From: Candidatus Gottesmanbacteria bacterium
GTDB taxonomy: Bacteria > Patescibacteriota > Microgenomatia > UBA10105 > UBA927
Direction of reading: 5' to 3'
Assembly (NCBI GenBank): GCA_963711735.1
Contig: CAVQFA010000003.1
Coordinates: 375,830 to 439,829 of the forward strand
Length of the DNA stretch: 64,000 nucleotides
Shown: in pieces, positions 58,489 to 64,000 of the stretch
Position numbering within the stretch: position 1 is the first letter of the stretch
How the letters are laid out: each line of letters starts with the position of its first letter
Made by a program: the position numbers and the translations under genes
Notes under the pieces: generated by a model
What the model was told of the DNA's origin: nothing
Databases searched by the model: none
What the model saw: only the letters and a program-made list of their open reading frames with translations

Positions 58489-58525
58489 TTGACAAGGATT
58501 AGCACTCGTTGTATATTACTGCTAA
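58489..58525 (+). promoter_or_regulatory. Sigma70 promoter (TTGACA-N17-TATATT) overlapped by a CIRCE operator (58499-58525)
   Basis: TTAGCACTC-N9-TACTGCTAA vs consensus TTAGCACTC-N9-GAGTGCTAA, directly before hrcA. Confidence 0.9.
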
Positions 58526-58526
58526 C

Positions 58527-59270
58527 ATGACAGACGAAAAAGAGATACATCTGACACCCCGTCAGACGCACGTACTGATGGCTATTATCGAAGAATACGT
58601 TGAAACCGCTGAACCGGTCGGGTCGGAAACGCTTGAGAAAAAACATAATCTCGGTGTCTCTCCGGCTACAATCAGGAATGATATGGTCCGGCTGACAAAC
58701 ATGAAACTTTTGTCTCAGCCGCATACCTCCTCAGGACGTACTCCGACTCCGATGGCTCTCCGGTATTACGTTGATCATCTCATGAAGCAGAAGGATTTGT
58801 CCGTTGCAGAGGAAGTGTCTGTTAAAGAACGTATCTGGGATTACCGTCAGGAAGCAGATAAACTTCTTCGTGAGGCGACACGAACACTCGCTGAAAAAAC
58901 CCGGACGCTTGCCCTTACTGTTACAAAAAGTGGAGATATTTATTACGCCGGTGCAGTAAACATTCTGGATATGCCTGAATTTTACAATTTCCAGCGTACG
59001 CATAATTTATTTGCGCTTCTTGATCGATATGACTTTTGGTGGGATTTACTGGTGGCTCATGCAGACCCGTTTGATATCCTTCTGGGAGAGGATATCGGAA
59101 ACGAATCATCACTACTTTCCGAATGCGGATACGTATATTCTAAATTTGATTCTCCGAGGCTCAGCGGAGCCATAGGAATCGTTGGACCTTCAAGGCTCAA
59201 TTATCCGATGATTATACCCGCAGTACGGTATATGGGAACGCTTATCCGTGATATGAGCGCTAATTGGTAA
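58527..59270 (+). CDS. hrcA: Heat-inducible transcription repressor HrcA (short form)
   Basis: LTPRQ..L.AIIEEY..TAEPVGS, SPATIRNDM, QPHTSSGRTPT, GIVGPSRLNY. Confidence 0.95.
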   Translation: MTDEKEIHLTPRQTHVLMAIIEEYVETAEPVGSETLEKKHNLGVSPATIRNDMVRLTNMKLLSQPHTSSGRTPTPMALRYYVDHLMKQKDLSVAEEVSVKERIWDYRQEADKLLREATRTLAEKTRTLALTVTKSGDIYYAGAVNILDMPEFYNFQRTHNLFALLDRYDFWWDLLVAHADPFDILLGEDIGNESSLLSECGYVYSKFDSPRLSGAIGIVGPSRLNYPMIIPAVRYMGTLIRDMSANW

Positions 59271-59272
59271 GT

Positions 59273-59779
59273 ATGAAAAAGCAAGGTCAGGAGCCCCAGG
59301 ATGGAAAAACCCAGCGGAAAGATGCAAAAATTTCCGTCGGGAGTGATACAGGACACGAGGATTGGAAGGCAAAATATATTCGTGCACTTGCCGATTACCA
59401 GAATCTGGAGAAACGTGTTTTTGCCCAAACGGACAGTATAAGAAAATATGCATCAGAACAGTGTATTAATCGATTTTTGCCTGTTGTTGATGCGCTTGAA
59501 CAATTGCGGACACACATAAAAGATGAGGGTCTGGAGATTGTATGGAAGCAGATGACTGATGTACTGGGGGGTGAAGGTGTCGTAAGGATTGATGCAATCG
59601 GCAAATTATTTGACCCATACAGCATGGAATGTATTGAAATTGTAGAAGGGGATGATGGTGTAGTTATAAATGAAACGCAGGCGGGGTACAGATTACATGA
59701 TAAAGTCATCCGCCCGGCGCGTGTGAAAGTAGGGAAACGGACGATTGTTTCCCCTGATACACAGCGTATAAAAAATTAA
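59273..59779 (+). CDS. grpE: Nucleotide exchange factor GrpE
   Basis: RALADYQNLEKR, FLPVVDAL, FDP, GY.L..KVIRPARVKV. Confidence 0.95.
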   Translation: MKKQGQEPQDGKTQRKDAKISVGSDTGHEDWKAKYIRALADYQNLEKRVFAQTDSIRKYASEQCINRFLPVVDALEQLRTHIKDEGLEIVWKQMTDVLGGEGVVRIDAIGKLFDPYSMECIEIVEGDDGVVINETQAGYRLHDKVIRPARVKVGKRTIVSPDTQRIKN

Positions 59780-59800
59780 CAGTTTTATGTAATGTTTATA

Positions 59801-59822
59801 TTCTTGAATTATGATTCAAGAA
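59801..59822. other. Intercistronic hairpin between grpE and dnaK
   Basis: TTCTTGAAT-TATG-ATTCAAGAA perfect 9-bp inverted repeat. Confidence 0.45.
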
Positions 59823-59849
59823 TTATATTAATATTTCAAGGAGGTATTT

Positions 59850-61760
59850 ATGGCAAAAATTATTGGAATAGATCTTGGAACTACAAATTCTTGCGTTGCC
59901 GTTATGGAAGGCGGGAGCCCGAAGGTTATCCATTCTGCGGAGGGCAGAAATGTAATTCCGTCTGTTGTTGATCCTATCAAAAACGTCGTCGGTGATGTGG
60001 CAAAACGTCAGATGGTGATAAATCCCAAATCTACTATATTTTCCGTAAAACGGCTTATGGGGAGAAAATATACGGATGCAAGCGTCCAGGCTGATATGAA
60101 ATGGCTTCCGTATACCATCAAATCAGGTAAAAACGGTATGGCAGTTGTCGAAGTAGAAGGCAGACAGTTCACTCCGCAGGAAATCTCCGCCAAGATTCTC
60201 TCAAAAATAAAAGCTGACGCCGAGCACTATTTGGGAGAACCGGTAAAACAGGCAGTTATAACGGTTCCGGCGTATTTCGATGACAGTCAGAGACAAGCGA
60301 CAAAACAAGCCGGAGAAATTGCCGGACTTGAAGTCATGAGGATTATTAATGAGCCGACAGCTGCAGCGCTTTCTTACGGAATGGATAAAAAGAACGCCCA
60401 CACGATCGCCGTATATGATCTCGGAGGGGGGACATTTGATATTTCCATTCTGGAGCTTGGTGAAGGCGTATATGAAGTAAAAGCAACAAACGGTGATACG
60501 CATTTAGGCGGAGATGATTTTGACAAAAAAATTCTGGATTATTTTGCCGATGAGTTTAAAAAGGAGCACGGCGTTGATCTGAGAAAAGATGCACAGGCAT
60601 TGCAACGGCTCCGTGATGCGGCGGAAAAGGCAAAAATAGAACTATCAAGCTCTATGGAAACGGAAATAAACCTGCCGTTTATCACACAGGGCAAGGAAGG
60701 ACCGCTCCATTTGGTCATGAAATTATCACGGTCCAAACTTGAGTCTATTGTCGATGATCTCATAACCAAATCCATCGAACCGGTGAAAAAATGCCTCGCA
60801 GACGCGAAAATTACATCATCAAAGGTTGACGAAATCGTCATGGTAGGCGGTATGACCCGCATGCCGAAGGTGGTAGAAGTGGTAAAAGCATTTTTCGGCA
60901 AGGATCCGAACAGGTCCGTTAATCCTGATGAAGTTGTGGCGGTTGGTGCTGCAGTTCAGGGTGGGGTACTTGCAGGTGACGTGAAAGATGTGGTACTTCT
61001 CGATGTCACGCCTCTCACGCTTGGTGTTGAGACGCTCGGGAGTGTATCCACACCCCTTATAACACGAAATACAACGATTCCGACAAGCAAATCCGAGATT
61101 TTTTCAACAGCTGCGGATAACCAGACGTCAGTTGAAATCAATGTCCTGCAGGGAGAGCGTCCTATGGCTGCTGATAATAAATCACTCGGGCGGTTTGTCC
61201 TGTCAGGTATTCCGCCGGCGCCGCGCGGTGTTCCGCAGATTGAAGTTATGTTTGACATTGACGCAAGCGGGATACTCAACGTAACTGCCAAGGATAAAGC
61301 TACAGGGAAGGCAAACACGATTAAAATTACCGGTTCTACAGGTCTTGCCAAAGATGAAATAGAGAAGATGAAAAAAGAGGCGGAAGAACATGCATCAGAG
61401 GATGCAGCGAAAAAAGACAGAATCGAAGCGCGGAATAAAGCAGACACGATTCTGTATCAGGCCGAAAAGACGCTCAGGGACGCAGGTGAGAAAGCTAAAC
61501 CGGAAGATAAGGCAAGCGTTGAGGAAAAAGTGAAAGCACTGAAGGAAATTCTGGAAAGCGGTACCAAAGAGGATTTGGAGACCAAAACCAGTGAACTGTC
61601 TGATGCGCTCCAGAAGGTAGGCGCATCCATGTATCAGAATCAGGATGCACAGACATCCTCGGCAAAGACAGAAGAGACAAAGGGAGACGGGGAACAACCC
61701 ACGGGAAATGGGAAAAAGAAAGACGAGAAAAAAGTGGAAGAGGGTGAGGTAGTAAGTTAG
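59850..61760 (+). CDS. dnaK: Chaperone DnaK
   Basis: [54 protein letters not shown]; AAGGAGG SD. Confidence 0.99.
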   Translation: MAKIIGIDLGTTNSCVAVMEGGSPKVIHSAEGRNVIPSVVDPIKNVVGDVAKRQMVINPKSTIFSVKRLMGRKYTDASVQADMKWLPYTIKSGKNGMAVVEVEGRQFTPQEISAKILSKIKADAEHYLGEPVKQAVITVPAYFDDSQRQATKQAGEIAGLEVMRIINEPTAAALSYGMDKKNAHTIAVYDLGGGTFDISILELGEGVYEVKATNGDTHLGGDDFDKKILDYFADEFKKEHGVDLRKDAQALQRLRDAAEKAKIELSSSMETEINLPFITQGKEGPLHLVMKLSRSKLESIVDDLITKSIEPVKKCLADAKITSSKVDEIVMVGGMTRMPKVVEVVKAFFGKDPNRSVNPDEVVAVGAAVQGGVLAGDVKDVVLLDVTPLTLGVETLGSVSTPLITRNTTIPTSKSEIFSTAADNQTSVEINVLQGERPMAADNKSLGRFVLSGIPPAPRGVPQIEVMFDIDASGILNVTAKDKATGKANTIKITGSTGLAKDEIEKMKKEAEEHASEDAAKKDRIEARNKADTILYQAEKTLRDAGEKAKPEDKASVEEKVKALKEILESGTKEDLETKTSELSDALQKVGASMYQNQDAQTSSAKTEETKGDGEQPTGNGKKKDEKKVEEGEVVS

Positions 61761-61799
61761 TCAGCAAAAAGCAGATATTAAAAAAATTGTTATTTATGA

Positions 61800-61825
61800 A
61801 GGCGCGCGGTTATATTCGCGCGCCT
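61800..61825 (+). terminator. GC-rich hairpin after dnaK (no U-tract)
   Basis: AGGCGCGCG-N8-CGCGCGCCT. Confidence 0.5.
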
Positions 61826-61866
61826 CATGCATTATGCGATATATAGCTTTGTGGTACTCTTAATAT

Positions 61867-62766
61867 ATGGCAGAGAAACGTGATTTTTACGAAGTATTGG
61901 GTGTATCCAAATCAGCATCAGCAGATGAGCTGAAACGTGCGTACAGGAAGCTTGCTCTCGAATGGCATCCGGACAGGAACAAATCTCCCCAGGCAGAAGA
62001 AAAATTTAAAGAAATAAATGAAGCGTATGCCGTGCTTTCAGACCCCAAAAAGAAAGAAACATATGACCAGTTCGGTCATAGTGCATTTCAACCGGGAATG
62101 GGCGGAGGGGCTCAAGGTCAGGGACCCTTCGGTGGCGGATTTCGTCAACAGGGTCCATTTTCATACTATTATTCTTCCGGCGGTGCTGGCGGTGGCGGTG
62201 CTCCGTTTGGATCCGATTTTTTCGATCCATTTGAAATTTTTGACCAGTTTTTCGGTGGTGGTTTTGCAGGCAGGCAAACCAGACAAAGACGTGAGGCATA
62301 TCAAATGACAATTGACTTTATGGATGCGGTCCATGGAGTTACAAAAGAAATTCATATACCAAAAGGTTCTGCGGGTGACGGATCTGTTAAAAAAACGATA
62401 AAAATTCCACCGGGAGTCGATACGGGTTCCCGGATACGCTTTGAAGATTTTGATATTGTCATAGAAGTCCGTCCGGACAGAGAGTATTCGCGTGAGGGAG
62501 ACGATGTCATAATAGAAAAGCGAATTTCTTATGCACAGGCAGTTCTCGGAGCGGTGACAGATGTGCCTTCTTTAGACGGACCTGTGAGCATCCGAATTCA
62601 GCCGGGCACTGAACCCGGGACACTCATACGGTTGAAAAACCGCGGGATTACGCATATACACGGCGGAGGCAAAGGTGACGCGTATATCAAGCTTTCCATA
62701 GATATTCCCAAGCGGTTATCCAAACACCAGCGGGATCTTCTCGAAGAATTGGATGAATCATTCTGA
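61867..62766 (+). CDS. dnaJ: DnaJ-family co-chaperone without zinc finger
   Basis: J domain with HPD, G/F-rich linker, C-terminal domain; no CxxCxGxG repeats. Confidence 0.9.
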   Translation: MAEKRDFYEVLGVSKSASADELKRAYRKLALEWHPDRNKSPQAEEKFKEINEAYAVLSDPKKKETYDQFGHSAFQPGMGGGAQGQGPFGGGFRQQGPFSYYYSSGGAGGGGAPFGSDFFDPFEIFDQFFGGGFAGRQTRQRREAYQMTIDFMDAVHGVTKEIHIPKGSAGDGSVKKTIKIPPGVDTGSRIRFEDFDIVIEVRPDREYSREGDDVIIEKRISYAQAVLGAVTDVPSLDGPVSIRIQPGTEPGTLIRLKNRGITHIHGGGKGDAYIKLSIDIPKRLSKHQRDLLEELDESF

Positions 62767-62800
62767 TCTATTTATATCTACTTCTGTTATTTATTCATAT

Positions 62801-62881
62801 TTGACGGCGCAAATCTCCATGGTATAATAGGGGTAACGAATCTGTAATCGCATGAGGTGGGGAGTTCCCGCCATTTTTTTT
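62801..62881 (+). promoter_or_regulatory. nusA promoter (TTGACG-N16-TATAAT) and leader terminator hairpin (62856-62881)
   Basis: GGTGGG-GAGTT-CCCGCC-ATTTTTTTT just before the nusA ATG. Confidence 0.7.
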
Positions 62882-62886
62882 ATTAT

Positions 62887-63981
62887 ATGCCAGCAATAGT
62901 ACGGTCAGAATTTGCACTTGCCCTTAATCAGGTCGCTACCGAGCGCGGTATTGACCCCACAATTGTGCTTGAAACAATACAGGCTGCAATTCTTGCCGCG
63001 TACCGTAAGGATTACGGGACAAGTGAACTTGAGCAGTTGACGGTTGAGCTTAATGCCGATACCGGTGAAGCAAAAATCACAAAAGACGGGAAAGACATTA
63101 CCCCTCCCGGATTTGGCCGCATTGCAGCGCAGACTGCCAAACAGGTCATTCTTCAGCGTATCCGCGAAGCTGAAAAGCAAGCAGTGCTTTCCGATTACCA
63201 GATGAAGATAGGGACAATAGCGAGCGGCATGGTACTACGGTTTGACGGCCCCAATGTGATTGTGGATATCGGACGCACGCAGGCAGTCATGCCCGTATCG
63301 GAACAAAGCCAGGGTGAAGCATATCATCTCAACCAGCGGTTGACGTTTTATATCGAAGGCATCCGTGAAACTGCCCGCGGAAACGAAATTATCGTTTCCC
63401 GCGCACATAAAGGATTGGTTGAAGGCTTGTTTAAACGGGAAGTTCCTGAAGTTGCACAAGGGGCGGTTGAGCTTCGCATTGTTGCCCGTGAAGCAGGAGG
63501 AAGAACAAAAGTTGCCGTATATTCGTCACAAAGCGGAGTTGATCCTGTCGGATCCTGTGTCGGGCAAAAAGGTGTCCGTGTTCAGGCAGTTATCAATGAG
63601 CTGGGCGGGAGTGAAAAGGTAGATATTATTCAATGGAGCGATGATACCAAACAATTTATTCTTTCAGCGCTTGCCCCTGCAAAGGATTTAGAAATCTCAC
63701 TCAACGAAGACCAGAAAACTGCGGAAGTACTATGTCCTGATGATCAACTGTCGCTTGCAATCGGCAGAGACGGACAAAATGTACGGCTCGCAGCGAAGCT
63801 GACGGGATGGAAAATTGATATAAGAGGAAAAGGAATTCCTGCGAAAAACCCCGAAGAATCCAAAAGCGAAACAGCTCAGACAGATGATAAAAAGAATGAT
63901 GAATCGGAGAAAAAAACAGAAAACGTTGCAGATGCATTAAAAACGGAACCGGTTAAACAAAAAAAGAAAAATAAATCATAA
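62887..63981 (+). CDS. nusA: Transcription termination/antitermination factor NusA
   Basis: FGRIAAQTAKQVI.Q.IREAE, EVPE, AREAGGRTKVAV, DPVGSCVG, LSLAIGRDGQNVRLAAKLTGWKIDI. Confidence 0.98.
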   Translation: MPAIVRSEFALALNQVATERGIDPTIVLETIQAAILAAYRKDYGTSELEQLTVELNADTGEAKITKDGKDITPPGFGRIAAQTAKQVILQRIREAEKQAVLSDYQMKIGTIASGMVLRFDGPNVIVDIGRTQAVMPVSEQSQGEAYHLNQRLTFYIEGIRETARGNEIIVSRAHKGLVEGLFKREVPEVAQGAVELRIVAREAGGRTKVAVYSSQSGVDPVGSCVGQKGVRVQAVINELGGSEKVDIIQWSDDTKQFILSALAPAKDLEISLNEDQKTAEVLCPDDQLSLAIGRDGQNVRLAAKLTGWKIDIRGKGIPAKNPEESKSETAQTDDKKNDESEKKTENVADALKTEPVKQKKKNKS

Positions 63982-64000
63982 TTTCATTACCCAGGTTTGT

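Noticed and set aside
60008-61767. Several antisense or alternative-frame ORFs over dnaK
   Set aside because: Shadow ORFs of a highly conserved gene

Overview
Gene-dense chromosomal segment of a small-genome bacterium. Gene content and protein style suggest Patescibacteria/CPR, Microgenomates-like; this is an inference from the proteins only. The window holds housekeeping genes (secDF, CCA enzyme, recJ, aspS, gltX, era, greA, pcrA, tpiA, rpsT, murJ, hrcA-grpE-dnaK-dnaJ with a CIRCE, nusA, tRNA-Gln(CTG)), many DNA-repair enzymes, envelope-modification operons and a cluster of Pro/Thr-rich surface proteins beside pilN/pilO. No CRISPR array, rRNA, transposase or prophage was seen. The most notable observations are: (1) a leader-peptide/antiterminator/terminator arrangement in front of an orphan gene (6459-6621); (2) AspRS fused to a YbaK/ProX-type editing domain; (3) an apparently circularly permuted HAD phosphatase; (4) surface proteins sharing an N-terminal TM-RSKAA motif and a C-terminal PV[S/T/A]G-TM motif; (5) many apparently leaderless genes, including two bidirectional overlapping -10 promoters; (6) an ECF sigma locus with a matching TGAAAC-N17-CGTA promoter; (7) an acyltransferase-deacetylase fusion. 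All calls come from reading motifs by eye; no database search was run.
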